From an uncultured bacterium (GTDB lineage: Bacteria; Patescibacteriota; Saccharimonadia; Saccharimonadales; OFTM59), in NCBI GenBank assembly GCA_966685145.1, contig CBKXXB010000001.1, forward strand, positions 633 through 64,632: a DNA stretch of 64,000 nt, given 5' to 3'. Positions 30,511 through 40,256 of the stretch are shown one piece after another (the stretch's first letter is position 1; every line of letters begins with the position of its first letter). A program made the position numbers and the translations under genes. The notes under the pieces were generated by a model that did not search any database, was not told the DNA's origin, and worked only from the letters and a program-made list of their open reading frames with translations.

Positions 30511-31098
30511 TTACACCCCGCTCCCGAACTTTTTAAGGTTTAAAACTCCCGATTCGCGTACTTGCTTTAGGGCTTTTGCGTACTCCAGCAGGACTTTCAG
30601 TGAGTAATCAGCACGCTCGCGTACCCCGTTAACCACAATTTCGCCGTCAATCAGCACTTCCTTGACTTTGCTTATGCGCAAGTTCTCCGGCGAAACGACA
30701 AAGTGAGTATTTTTCTGACCCATTGCCTTAAGTTGCGCCAGTGGATAGGCGCCGCCAAGTCCATCACTCACGCCGACAAGCATTACCGGTTTATGAGCCA
30801 GGAAATGCTTATCGGTGCAGTAATGAAACATGTTATGCAGACCCACACTGAACATGCCATCCCATTCCGGCGTAACAAACACAAACCCATCACTGCTGCT
30901 TAATTCACTCTCGATTGGCGTCCACACTTCTTGCCATGGCCCCGTTTCCGTATCGTCATACAAGGGCAATCGCTGAGTGTTTAAGTCGACCAGGGCAGTG
31001 GACACGCCTAACCCGTCAAGCTTTTCTTGTAGATAGTGAGCAACACTAAGACTTTGCGAATTGGACCGGGTACTTCCTGACACCACAGTAATCTTCAT
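30511..31098 (-). CDS. NAD(P)H-dependent FMN reductase (flavodoxin-like)
   Basis: SGSTRSNSQS, VTPEWDG and KPV motifs. Confidence 0.87.
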   Translation of the reverse strand: MKITVVSGSTRSNSQSLSVAHYLQEKLDGLGVSTALVDLNTQRLPLYDDTETGPWQEVWTPIESELSSSDGFVFVTPEWDGMFSVGLHNMFHYCTDKHFLAHKPVMLVGVSDGLGGAYPLAQLKAMGQKNTHFVVSPENLRISKVKEVLIDGEIVVNGVRERADYSLKVLLEYAKALKQVRESGVLNLKKFGSGV

Positions 31099-31121
31099 GA
31101 ACTGTAGTATACAATAAAGAT

Positions 31122-31619
31122 ATGGGTCAATTTTCTTTTGATATAGTAAGTGATTACGACAAGGCCGAGATGAATAACGTATTCGACCAGGTTCAGCGCG
31201 AGTTGGATAACCGGTATGATTTCAAAGGTACTCAGGCAGCAGTAGAATGGCTGAACGGAGAAAAAGCAGGCCTTAAAATTACCGGCGACAGCGATTACCA
31301 AATCGACGCAGTTTTGGACATTGTCAGGAAGAAATTGGGCGCACGCAACCAGAGCCAGAAAGTTCTCGACGTTTCTAGAGGATCTTCAACTAGCAACCTG
31401 AAAACTACTAAAGATGTACCGTTCAAACAGGGCCTTGATCAAGACAAGGCCAAGAAGATTACAACTCTTATTCGGGATAATTACCCAAAAGTTAAGACAC
31501 AGATACAAGGTGATGAGGTTCGCGTTACGAGCGGAAGCAAGGATGATCTACAAGCAACAATGCAGCTGCTACGTAATCAAGAATTCGATTTCCCTATCAA
31601 TTTTGTGAATTTCCGCTAA
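31122..31619 (+). CDS. yajQ: YajQ-family nucleotide-binding protein
   Basis: SFDIVS, RYDFKG, QIQGDEVRV, DDLQ and FVNFR motifs. Confidence 0.95.
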   Translation: MGQFSFDIVSDYDKAEMNNVFDQVQRELDNRYDFKGTQAAVEWLNGEKAGLKITGDSDYQIDAVLDIVRKKLGARNQSQKVLDVSRGSSTSNLKTTKDVPFKQGLDQDKAKKITTLIRDNYPKVKTQIQGDEVRVTSGSKDDLQATMQLLRNQEFDFPINFVNFR

Positions 31620-32403
31620 GTAACTGGTTGGCCAGCCGTTCTGCCCGACTAGCCATTTCCGATATAGTGGGTGCTTGATGTATAACCGAGCCTGCAACCG
31701 CTTGCCAACCATCCCCTAAATGAAATTGCATTTCTTCAATAGGTTGCCAGCCGTCTTCTATGGAAAGCTGCGCATCCTCGGTGGCGGCTGCTTTACCAAG
31801 TTTTGCTACTAGGAAGGAGTAATTTCCTCTGCCCAATTGTCTATCCAAAAGGTTACGGTAGGCCGGCACTCTTTCGGGTTTGCCAGCAGCTCGAACCCAA
31901 AAGTCCCGCACACCACCATCTATAGCCGTGGTAACAATACTTTTAAGCAGCCTGTCTGGTGTATATCCTCCTTCGGCGGGCACATGGCGCCAAGACGTCG
32001 GTTCAATGCCCATAACTGCCCTTACACCTCTGCGGTGTACGGCGCTTAACCAGTACTTTACCTGCTCCGTACTCCCTTCATGCATCATCGGTGGGTAAAC
32101 AAGCACGGCTGCTATACCGGCATCACCGACCCATTCGGCAAATTCATCCGCCGTTTCGCGACCTCCGGAGCCTGCTCGTTTGTGGTTATAAAATACGTTC
32201 TTGTCGGGTACAACTTCCGCTAATTGACGGTTAGCTTCCTTGAGACTAAGATCTCCCAGTACTTTAGCGCTAAAGACACAAGACGGGACGCCTTCAATGC
32301 CGCTGATTGCTTCAGCAAAGTCAGCTAGCCGCTCTCCGGCAATGTCGGCAGCTGCGCAAAGGCCGGTTTCTGGTGGAATGAATGGAGCAACATCTTTACT
32401 CAT
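31597..32403 (-). CDS. Divergent OMP-decarboxylase-like TIM barrel lacking catalytic residues
   Basis: AAADI, YNHKRAG, AGIAAVLVYP, EGGY, GVRDF and WQAVAG align by eye with an archaeal/CPR PyrF subfamily; divergent from pyrD. Confidence 0.6.
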   Translation of the reverse strand: MSKDVAPFIPPETGLCAAADIAGERLADFAEAISGIEGVPSCVFSAKVLGDLSLKEANRQLAEVVPDKNVFYNHKRAGSGGRETADEFAEWVGDAGIAAVLVYPPMMHEGSTEQVKYWLSAVHRRGVRAVMGIEPTSWRHVPAEGGYTPDRLLKSIVTTAIDGGVRDFWVRAAGKPERVPAYRNLLDRQLGRGNYSFLVAKLGKAAATEDAQLSIEDGWQPIEEMQFHLGDGWQAVAGSVIHQAPTISEMASRAERLANQLLSGNSQN

Positions 32404-32566
32404 AAGCTTTCCCAGTTACTTTCTTTACATATATTACCATGTATTCCAGATATATTGTCAACCAAGACAGAGAAGGCTATTGCTGTTAAACAAGGAATAA
32501 AATTATACAGAAATCGGAGCTGCATATGACCTCAGCATGTAGGCGTAATAAAGCTATAATATTCAT

Positions 32567-33469
32567 ATGCAGATAAACGTACCTACAAATGTTGCTGGTA
32601 TAAGATTTCAAAACCTCATGATGAATGGCGCCTACATACACAGCAAAACCGTCAGTGACGTTAAAAAACTTGCCCAATCATCAAGTGGGGCCGTAGTTGT
32701 CGGTTCAATTTCGGCTAAACCCCGCAAAGCTAACCCCAGCCAAGGTTACTGGTCTCATAAGGAACGGTTCTTTTCACTTAACTCCTATGGTTTACCAAAT
32801 GGCGGGATAGCATACTTCAAAGATGCACTGCCTAAAATGGTTGATCTAACGCACAGGGCTGGTAAACCACTTATAGCAAACGTGGTTGGATTTTCTAACG
32901 AAGAGTTTTCGGATCTTATTAAGCTTTCAAGAAAAGCCGGTGTTGATATGGTTGAACTAAATTTTGGCTGCCCGAACGTCTGGGAAAAAGGATCTCAAAA
33001 ACAAATACTCTCGTATCATCCAGGACAGGTTGAAAGCACTCTTCGGTACATTGCTGCGCAAAGGCCACAAGTTCCATTGTGCATCAAACTCTCGCCTCTG
33101 CCCCCCGATCTTTTACGAGAGGTGGCGCAGGTCATTTCTGGTTTTGAAATTGTACGCGCAGTAACTGCAACCAATAGCTATCCAAATTCCTCAATAACAA
33201 GCGGCGCTAAAAGTGGGGACGATTCTAGTGATATTCTGGCCGGTTTAGCAGGACGAGCTCTCAAACCGATTAGCGTTGGGGTAGTAAAACAACTCCGACA
33301 AGTTTTGCCAAAAGATATAGCTATTTTCGGCTGCGGCGGAATCAGTTCGATACGCGACGTGCAAGACTATATTGAGGCAGGCGTTCAAGCCATCCAAATA
33401 GCTACTGCATTATGTGATGAAGGTACGTCAGTTTTTGATAAAATCATCTTTCAGTCATCACACAGTTAA
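32567..33469 (+). CDS. pyrD: Dihydroorotate dehydrogenase (class 1-like)
   Basis: NSYGLPN, ELNFGCPN (catalytic Cys), IKLSP, TNS, GLAG and GCGGI motifs. Confidence 0.85.
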   Translation: MQINVPTNVAGIRFQNLMMNGAYIHSKTVSDVKKLAQSSSGAVVVGSISAKPRKANPSQGYWSHKERFFSLNSYGLPNGGIAYFKDALPKMVDLTHRAGKPLIANVVGFSNEEFSDLIKLSRKAGVDMVELNFGCPNVWEKGSQKQILSYHPGQVESTLRYIAAQRPQVPLCIKLSPLPPDLLREVAQVISGFEIVRAVTATNSYPNSSITSGAKSGDDSSDILAGLAGRALKPISVGVVKQLRQVLPKDIAIFGCGGISSIRDVQDYIEAGVQAIQIATALCDEGTSVFDKIIFQSSHS

Positions 33470-33520
33470 GCGAGTATCATCTTATCTATGATATAATGTT
33501 GCAATAATTAATATCTTATT

Positions 33521-34522
33521 ATGTACTCAATGTCTACTCGTTTAAGTTGGCAAAACCCAGAAGTTTTTGATTCTTATAGATCTGGCCGCGATATGACCGG
33601 AGGTGTCGTGGCTCATCAAATCGGTCAAGTTGTGCTTACTGAATTGAACCCCGGTATGCGCGTTTTAGAGATGGGCGCCGGTGACGGCTACTTACGAGAA
33701 TGCGTAAGGAATAATTTACTTGACTCAGTAGTCTGGGTAGAGACTGATCAATCTGAAAGATACTTAGGGCTTTCAGCTTCAAGGAGAGAAACCAGGGTTG
33801 TTTCCGAGTTCCCAGTCACTCCATTCGCAGATGAAACGTTTGACGCCGTTATAGCCTTATCTGCATTCGATACATTACCCACCGACAGATTAACGGCCAG
33901 CCTGGAAGAGTGCACGCGAATCCTGAAGCTAGGCGGTACAGTACTACATATCCTCGACATGGCGGCCAATACTGACGACATATACAGTGAGGCACGGTCC
34001 CAGGGGCTACTGCCATTCCCAGCCATCATGCGCCGTGATGATGGCGAGGAAGTCTCCGGGGTGCACTATGTGCGCAAGATAAGTCTCCCGGAAGCCATCT
34101 CTAAAATGGACCAACCTGACAGTATCAAAGCCGTATTAATGCGTTTTGTCAGCAACTTTGAAGCAACCCAAGCATACGTTGGTCTAAACTATCCAGAGAT
34201 ATTTGATTATGTTGCCAGGATACTACTCAGAGAAGGTTTGGTTGAGAAAAGCTCAACCTCTTGGGAAAACTTTACGGATAAATTAGTAGCTTCGGCCTGT
34301 AAGGCTGGATTGGCGATGGTTCGCAACGAAGTTATAGAAGCGACAGCAAATGTCAGACGTCGAGATATCCCCAAACAAGTTAGAAATAAGGCGATTAGTG
34401 TTAAGCGTCGCTTTGGCGTTAGCAGCATTGACGAAGTAGAACCAAATGACCCGCGCCTAGGACCAAGGCTTAAGGTCAAATCTAATGTTTTAGTGCATAC
34501 GCTAAGAAAGTCGACGGGTTAG
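33521..34522 (+). CDS. Class I SAM-dependent methyltransferase
   Basis: VLEMGAGDG, PFADETFDAV and RILKLGG motifs. Confidence 0.8.
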   Translation: MYSMSTRLSWQNPEVFDSYRSGRDMTGGVVAHQIGQVVLTELNPGMRVLEMGAGDGYLRECVRNNLLDSVVWVETDQSERYLGLSASRRETRVVSEFPVTPFADETFDAVIALSAFDTLPTDRLTASLEECTRILKLGGTVLHILDMAANTDDIYSEARSQGLLPFPAIMRRDDGEEVSGVHYVRKISLPEAISKMDQPDSIKAVLMRFVSNFEATQAYVGLNYPEIFDYVARILLREGLVEKSSTSWENFTDKLVASACKAGLAMVRNEVIEATANVRRRDIPKQVRNKAISVKRRFGVSSIDEVEPNDPRLGPRLKVKSNVLVHTLRKSTG

Positions 34523-34579
34523 TTAGAGCATCAGCCTTTAGACACAAGCATTATTAAGTGCGATATACTACGTAGTAAT

Positions 34580-35905
34580 ATGAGCACTACCTCCGATCTT
34601 ATAGAAAGTGCCAAAGCTGTTTTAAAGCTGAACGATCAGGGCTCTTACACTGTCCCAGCCGAAGGTTTATATCCCCACCAATGGTTATGGGATAGCTGTT
34701 TTATAGCCATCGGCCAAAGACATTACGATATTGACCGTGCACAGACTGAAATACTGCATTTGCTTAGCGGTCAGTGGAGCAATGGTATGGTCCCGAATAT
34801 TATATTTTCTGCGCATCATTATGCGCGCGATAGTAGAATGTGGCGTAGCTGGCTGAATCCGCATGCACCCGACCAGACGATAACAAGCGGTATTACTCAG
34901 CCTCCAATGTTAGCCGAAGCTATTTACCGCATAGGGCAAATGCTATCCTTGCCCGAGAGGCGTAGCTGGTACAAGAAAACCTATCCTGCTCTTCTTGACT
35001 ACCATAAATGGCTGCACACCGAGCGGGATCCGCATGGTGAGGGACTGGCACTGCAAATTCACCCCTGGGAAACCGGACTTGATAATACCCCGCCTTGGAT
35101 GCGTGAGCTCAAGGATCATCAAATGCCGCTTTGGATTCGCACGGTCGAAAAACTACACTTTGACAAGATCATCAGCCTCTTCCGACGCGATACGCATCGT
35201 ATACCGGCGGAGCAGCGACTGTCTACGGTTGAAGCGCTGGTTTTTTACAGTACCTTGAGACGACTGAGACGCAAATCATACGATCTTAGCCGGATTCTTA
35301 CGCACTCCTTGTTCGCGATTGAAGACCTAAGTTTTAATTGCATACTTATACGCGGCGATCAAATACTTTGCGACATAGCCAAAACCATACGCCACGAAAT
35401 CCCCAATGACTTGAAGGCATTAATGCAGAAGACCGAATCCGCACTTGATCAGCTGTGGGATCCGTACAGTAACCAGTATTATTCACGCAATTTCGTCACA
35501 CACAAGCTATTAAAAGAGTCGAGTATCGCCACCTTGATGCCGCTCTACGCAGGATGCATCACTAAGGAAAGAGCAGCCGTACTGGTCAAGCAGCTTGAGA
35601 ATAAGCATTTGTTCGGTCCGGCATATCCCGTTCCTAGCGTGCCCGTTAATTCAAGCTGGTTCAGTGAGGTAGGTTATTGGCAGGGTCCTTCTTGGGTTAA
35701 TACCAATTGGCTTATTATCGAGGGTTTGCTGCGATACGGATTCAAAGATCATGCAGAAGCCTTAATTGAGTCCACCATTGAGATGGTAGAAAAGGGTGGC
35801 TTCTATGAGTATTTCAGTCCGCTCACCGGTCAGCCGGAAGGAGCAAAGAATTTTTCATGGACTGCGGCCCTCGCAATCGATTTGTGCAATAAGAAAAGGC
35901 TCTGA
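34580..35905 (+). CDS. GH63/MGH1-like glycoside hydrolase (glucosylglycerate/trehalase-like (alpha/alpha)6 barrel)
   Basis: YPHQWLWDS, TQPP, HPWETGLDN, YWQGPSW, EYF and FSWTAA motifs. Confidence 0.88.
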   Translation: MSTTSDLIESAKAVLKLNDQGSYTVPAEGLYPHQWLWDSCFIAIGQRHYDIDRAQTEILHLLSGQWSNGMVPNIIFSAHHYARDSRMWRSWLNPHAPDQTITSGITQPPMLAEAIYRIGQMLSLPERRSWYKKTYPALLDYHKWLHTERDPHGEGLALQIHPWETGLDNTPPWMRELKDHQMPLWIRTVEKLHFDKIISLFRRDTHRIPAEQRLSTVEALVFYSTLRRLRRKSYDLSRILTHSLFAIEDLSFNCILIRGDQILCDIAKTIRHEIPNDLKALMQKTESALDQLWDPYSNQYYSRNFVTHKLLKESSIATLMPLYAGCITKERAAVLVKQLENKHLFGPAYPVPSVPVNSSWFSEVGYWQGPSWVNTNWLIIEGLLRYGFKDHAEALIESTIEMVEKGGFYEYFSPLTGQPEGAKNFSWTAALAIDLCNKKRL

Positions 35906-35921
35906 ACTGGGCCTCTGTTTT

Positions 35922-37082
35922 TCAAAACCGAGCTAATTTATTACCTTTGCGCCAGGTTTTTACCGCCTCTTTGTATGGTTTGAAGTTCCGATAAATAGCA
36001 AGGTCGGCACGCCGTCGTACCAGCCAAGCACGGCGACCGCTCATCACACGTCTTGACGTTTGAAGAATTGCCCAGTTAGGGCCAATGGGCACAGCATAAA
36101 CTGGTATCTGCGCACGGTACCAAAATAGCGTTTTACCGCCTAGCTCTCGTATGAGGTTTCGAGCTACGAATTTGGCATCATGCAGCGCCGTTTGAGCCAT
36201 CCCCGCATAAGGCGTTGCCGCATTGTCCCCTATTACATATATACTTTCCTGCCCTGCGGCTTTTAGGTATTGGTCAACTTTTACTCGCCCTCGCTCCAGC
36301 TTAAAAACATTCGGATGGTCCGCGTAGAACCCTGGCGCTCGGCTGCCAGCTGTCCAAATAATCAAATCCGCAGACAAGTCGCCGCCGTCTAGACACACCT
36401 TGCCCGGTTCGCATGAGTTTAGCTGCGTATTCAGCATAACTTTAACGCCCAGCCGCTCCAGACGTCTTAGAGCCTTATACGAAGCAGCCGGTTTCAAACC
36501 AGGGAGAACCCTATTCGCACCTTCTATTATCACCACTTTCAGCCGTTTGGGTTGCAGTTTGTACTTTTCAGCCACAATTTGTGCAAAGTGCTGCAGCTCA
36601 CCAGCCAATTCGACACCCGCCGGCCCTGCACCCGCCACAACTATATGAAGAACCGGCTTGCTTGATTTAAAAAGCTCAACCAACTGATGGCGCAGAGCGA
36701 TCGTGCTAGATATCGTATCCAGACTCATGGTGGTCTCGTCCATGCCGGCGATACCGAAGTAGTTAACCACGTTACCAAGAGCCAGAATGAGCTTGTCATA
36801 TGAATATACATTACCCGTCTCGCTAACTACGCGTTGCTTGCCGGCATCAATACCGACAATTCTGTCTTGTGCGAACGTGATATTACGTACACCTTTCAGA
36901 ATATCTCTTAACGGCATAACTACTTCTAGCGGTGAGCGTCCAGTGCCAGAGCGATAGAGCGCTCCATGATATTCGAAGTTCGGTCTCTCGGATATCAGCG
37001 TAATCTCAAACCCGGGATTATTGGCCAGCTCAAGAGCAGTCTTAAGGCCTCCGAAGCCCCCACCGACAATAACGACTTTCAC
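35922..37082 (-). CDS. ndh: Type II NADH dehydrogenase-like flavoprotein
   Basis: GGGFGG, GAGPAGVELAGE, IWTAG, IGD and AQTA motifs. Confidence 0.8.
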   Translation of the reverse strand: MKVVIVGGGFGGLKTALELANNPGFEITLISERPNFEYHGALYRSGTGRSPLEVVMPLRDILKGVRNITFAQDRIVGIDAGKQRVVSETGNVYSYDKLILALGNVVNYFGIAGMDETTMSLDTISSTIALRHQLVELFKSSKPVLHIVVAGAGPAGVELAGELQHFAQIVAEKYKLQPKRLKVVIIEGANRVLPGLKPAASYKALRRLERLGVKVMLNTQLNSCEPGKVCLDGGDLSADLIIWTAGSRAPGFYADHPNVFKLERGRVKVDQYLKAAGQESIYVIGDNAATPYAGMAQTALHDAKFVARNLIRELGGKTLFWYRAQIPVYAVPIGPNWAILQTSRRVMSGRRAWLVRRRADLAIYRNFKPYKEAVKTWRKGNKLARF

Positions 37083-37084
37083 AC

Positions 37085-38146
37085 CTAATCATCTCCATTT
37101 GTCGGACGATCTAGTAGTAGCGCTTCTACTTCGGGGCTCTCACCGGCAATCTTATAAATGTCTGTGTCAACTTTTTTAAACTCTTTGCTGGCGCTATTGT
37201 AATGGTTGATTGTCGTACCCAGTGAGTTGCCCAGCTTTTCCATATAGATCTTATAGCTGCCGAGGTGCCGGCCTAACTTGCCGACATTGGTCTGGATATC
37301 CTTAGCCGTCTCCTCTATCTGAAGAGCGCGCAGGCCTTGGAGGACAGTTTGTAGATATGCCATAAAGGTAGTTGGGCTAACGATAATTACGCATTTCTCG
37401 CGGAACGCATACTCAAGCAGATCGCGCGCACTGGTACCGCTTGCGCCTACCTTATTAATAAGCAAGTCATAATATATCGCTTCTGAAGGAATGAACATAA
37501 ACGCATAATCCATAGTCCCTTCATTCGGCCTTATATACTTAGCCGTTTCATCGATTCTGTTTTTCAGGTCAGCCTTGAAGGCCCTTATATGCGCATCCTT
37601 GCGTTCTTTATTTCCTTCTGCTATCACGCGGTTGTAGTTTTCCAGACTAAACTTGCTGTCTACCGGCAAGACTTTGCCGTCCAGCTTGATTACCGCGTCC
37701 ACAATCTCACCGTCCTTAAAGCGATACTGCATCTGGTAACGATCAGGCGGTAAGACATTCTTGAGCACCTGGTCCAGATAATACTCGCCTAGTACCCCGC
37801 GCTGCTTGGGGTTTGACAGGACGGTTTGCAGCACTTTTAACTCACCTGCAATATCACCAACCTGCTGATTAGTCTTTTCAAGAGTAGTCAGTTTCTCGGT
37901 GACATCTTTAATAATCCCCGCGCTCTGCGCAAACTGTTTTAGCATCTGCGCATTGTTTTTATCCAGCCGCTCATTTAACTGTTGCTGCAGCCCGTCCTTA
38001 AGTTTAGTGACACTTTCGGTCAGATTAGTCAGGTCTTGCTTGATAAGAAGCGCCGAGCTGCTGTCCTGTGGTTGATTTTGTTTTCTCAGAAATAAATACA
38101 GCAAAACAGCATTAAGTAACCCGAGAATAATTACCGCCACAATCAT
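37085..38146 (-). CDS. rmuC: DNA recombination protein RmuC
   Basis: NPKQRGVLGE, VDSKF, AFMFIPSE and VSPTT motifs; TM anchor plus coiled coil. Confidence 0.93.
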   Translation of the reverse strand: MIVAVIILGLLNAVLLYLFLRKQNQPQDSSSALLIKQDLTNLTESVTKLKDGLQQQLNERLDKNNAQMLKQFAQSAGIIKDVTEKLTTLEKTNQQVGDIAGELKVLQTVLSNPKQRGVLGEYYLDQVLKNVLPPDRYQMQYRFKDGEIVDAVIKLDGKVLPVDSKFSLENYNRVIAEGNKERKDAHIRAFKADLKNRIDETAKYIRPNEGTMDYAFMFIPSEAIYYDLLINKVGASGTSARDLLEYAFREKCVIIVSPTTFMAYLQTVLQGLRALQIEETAKDIQTNVGKLGRHLGSYKIYMEKLGNSLGTTINHYNSASKEFKKVDTDIYKIAGESPEVEALLLDRPTNGDD

Positions 38147-38178
38147 AGCTTGATTGTACTGTAAACCAGAGGTAAATG

Positions 38179-39000
38179 CTAATGCTCGTCTGATTCGGAG
38201 TTGTCATGCTTCAAGCTGTCGTTCGTCCCTGGAGAATGTTCCGTATCAATGTATTCGTGCGCGATTTCAGTAACACCGCCGACAACCAATATACCAAGTA
38301 TAAGTAACACTGCCGCCAAGGTTGCGAAACGCTCTTTAGCCCGCTCATGTATGGCTGGGATCAGATCACTAGCCGCAATGTAAATAAACAAACCGGCCGT
38401 GAGAGCTAGAAGCTCGCCCAGAGGCAAGCCCGCCTTAGTTCCGAGCCAGAATGTAAGCAGGCCTCCTACAAGCGTCGCTATCGCACTCAGGAAGTTGGCC
38501 AGCAGAACGTGCCTGCGCCGAAAGCCGGCCTTTAGAAGTAGACCAAAGTCGCCAATCTCTTGGGGAATCTCATGAGCTGCCACAGCCAGCGCCGTGACAA
38601 TACCAGTAGGAACACTAATAAGAAGCGCCGCACCTATAGCAACGCCGTCAATAAAGTTATGAATGGTATCGCTGATTATAATAAGCGGCGCCGCAGATTT
38701 AGCGTGCTCATGTTCTTTTAGATCATGATGATGGAACCAGTGCAGAAAATGCTCCAACAAGAAAAAAAGCACGATACCGGCTAGCACCCAGCGCGAAGCG
38801 GCACCCTGAGCGGTTAATTCGAACGAAGCAGGCATGAGATCGAAAAAGGCTGCAGCCAACAGAGCACCGGCGGCAAATGGTGTTGCGTAAGTGGCGAGCA
38901 TCAAGCTAGCGTGCTTGCCGCTGAGTAAAATAATCCCCCCAGCGAGTGAAAATACTCCGCCGAGCAACGAAAAAAGTATAACGTGTCCGTAATTTGCCAT
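38179..39000 (-). CDS. ZIP-family metal (zinc) transporter
   Basis: HNFIDG and HEIPQEIGDF motifs; His-rich loop. Confidence 0.93.
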   Translation of the reverse strand: MANYGHVILFSLLGGVFSLAGGIILLSGKHASLMLATYATPFAAGALLAAAFFDLMPASFELTAQGAASRWVLAGIVLFFLLEHFLHWFHHHDLKEHEHAKSAAPLIIISDTIHNFIDGVAIGAALLISVPTGIVTALAVAAHEIPQEIGDFGLLLKAGFRRRHVLLANFLSAIATLVGGLLTFWLGTKAGLPLGELLALTAGLFIYIAASDLIPAIHERAKERFATLAAVLLILGILVVGGVTEIAHEYIDTEHSPGTNDSLKHDNSESDEH

Positions 39001-39064
39001 ATGGTTACTTGTTGCTGCTTTTAGATTAATTATCTGCCCTACCAGTGTATGCGTCTTTCATAGT

Positions 39065-39087
39065 AAATTGCAAAATTTTCGCAATTT
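39065..39087. promoter_or_regulatory. Putative Zur/Fur box
   Basis: Near-perfect 23-bp palindrome AAATTGCAAAATTTTCGCAATTT between the divergent ZIP and Fur-family genes. Confidence 0.65.
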
Positions 39088-39103
39088 GGAGTAAGATTGC
39101 AGT

Positions 39104-39520
39104 ATGTCTGTTGAGGTTAAGCGGTTCAGAGAATTACTTACGGCAAATGGTTATTTTGTAACCCTGCCGCGAGTACGTTTATTCAAAATACTTCAAGCTC
39201 ACAATGAGTTGACAATACCGCAGCTGATTACCCTGCTAGACCTGCACGATCAAGCTACCGTTTATAGGAACATCAAGCTATTTGAGAATTTGGGAATAGT
39301 CAGCCGCCTGAGACTTGGCTGGCATTCTAAATTGGAGCTAAGCGACATCTTCCGGCATCATCACCATCACATGACTTGTCTTACGTGCGGCAAGGTCGTC
39401 ATCCTCAAAGACAACAGAGCCATTGAGCAGCAGATTGAACGCGTCAGCCATGCACTGAAGTTCAAATCAGTTGACCATCAATTGGAAATTCGTGGCTACT
39501 GCCACAAGTGTCAAAAATAG
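39104..39520 (+). CDS. Fur-family regulator, probably Zur
   Basis: ATVYRNI, HHHHHMTCLTCG and C-terminal CHKC; divergent from the ZIP transporter. Confidence 0.9.
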   Translation: MSVEVKRFRELLTANGYFVTLPRVRLFKILQAHNELTIPQLITLLDLHDQATVYRNIKLFENLGIVSRLRLGWHSKLELSDIFRHHHHHMTCLTCGKVVILKDNRAIEQQIERVSHALKFKSVDHQLEIRGYCHKCQK

Positions 39521-39544
39521 ACCCTAGGCTACTAGCCCAGGGTC
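39513..39544 (-). terminator. Intrinsic terminator between converging PAP2 and zur genes
   Basis: Minus strand GACCCTGGGCTA-G-TAGCCTAGGGTC inverted repeat followed by TATTTTT. Confidence 0.6.
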
Positions 39545-39595
39545 GTTGGAAGCCTCACACTTCCACCATAAGCATAATACCGGCAGACACGAGAT

Positions 39596-40237
39596 TCAAG
39601 CCCTTTCTTTTCTCCTGATGTCGCTTAAGCGAACGAAGCGAAATACCGCTACCGAAGCCCATCCCAATGCAAAACCGCCCAGTATGTCAATCGGTGCATG
39701 TACGCCTAGAAATACCCTTGATACGCCTACGCCAACGATGACTGCCGGGCCAATCCATTTATGTTTTTTAGGCAGAACATGCCAAAAAACCAATCCGATC
39801 GCCGTAGCCATGGCCATATGTCCTGACGGAAAACCGGGTCCGCGAATTAGCTGGTCTCGGTAAACAAGATCAGTAAAAAATTCATGCGGCCGCCCCCTGC
39901 CGTACAGGTCCTTCGCCACACCAGCTGCCAGATATGCCAAAAGCCCACTCATAAGCAGGCGAATCACTACGGAATAATGTTTGATTACTAAACAAAGGAG
40001 CGAAAGTGCGAAGAGCATCATAATGCCGCCGAGCTGTGTTATTGCCAAGAAAAAGGGTGTAAAGAACTCCGGTAAATCATAGATGGCTTTAAACAACCAC
40101 TTCTCCCATCCCGCCATGGTTCCGTCACGAACCATGATAACCGAAGCCCAAAATAACGCCACCGCTAATACCAGCTGCACTTCAGGGCGCCTTAATTTTT
40201 TTGTAAGCTTTGGTTTTTCTACTTGTTTCTTAGCCAT
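39596..40237 (-). CDS. PAP2-family membrane phosphatase
   Basis: K...RGRP, FPSGH and SRVFLGVHAPID motifs; start taken at MAKKQ to avoid overlap. Confidence 0.9.
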   Translation of the reverse strand: MAKKQVEKPKLTKKLRRPEVQLVLAVALFWASVIMVRDGTMAGWEKWLFKAIYDLPEFFTPFFLAITQLGGIMMLFALSLLCLVIKHYSVVIRLLMSGLLAYLAAGVAKDLYGRGRPHEFFTDLVYRDQLIRGPGFPSGHMAMATAIGLVFWHVLPKKHKWIGPAVIVGVGVSRVFLGVHAPIDILGGFALGWASVAVFRFVRLSDIRRKERA

Positions 40238-40256
40238 GAGCGTCTTTACGACTAGT

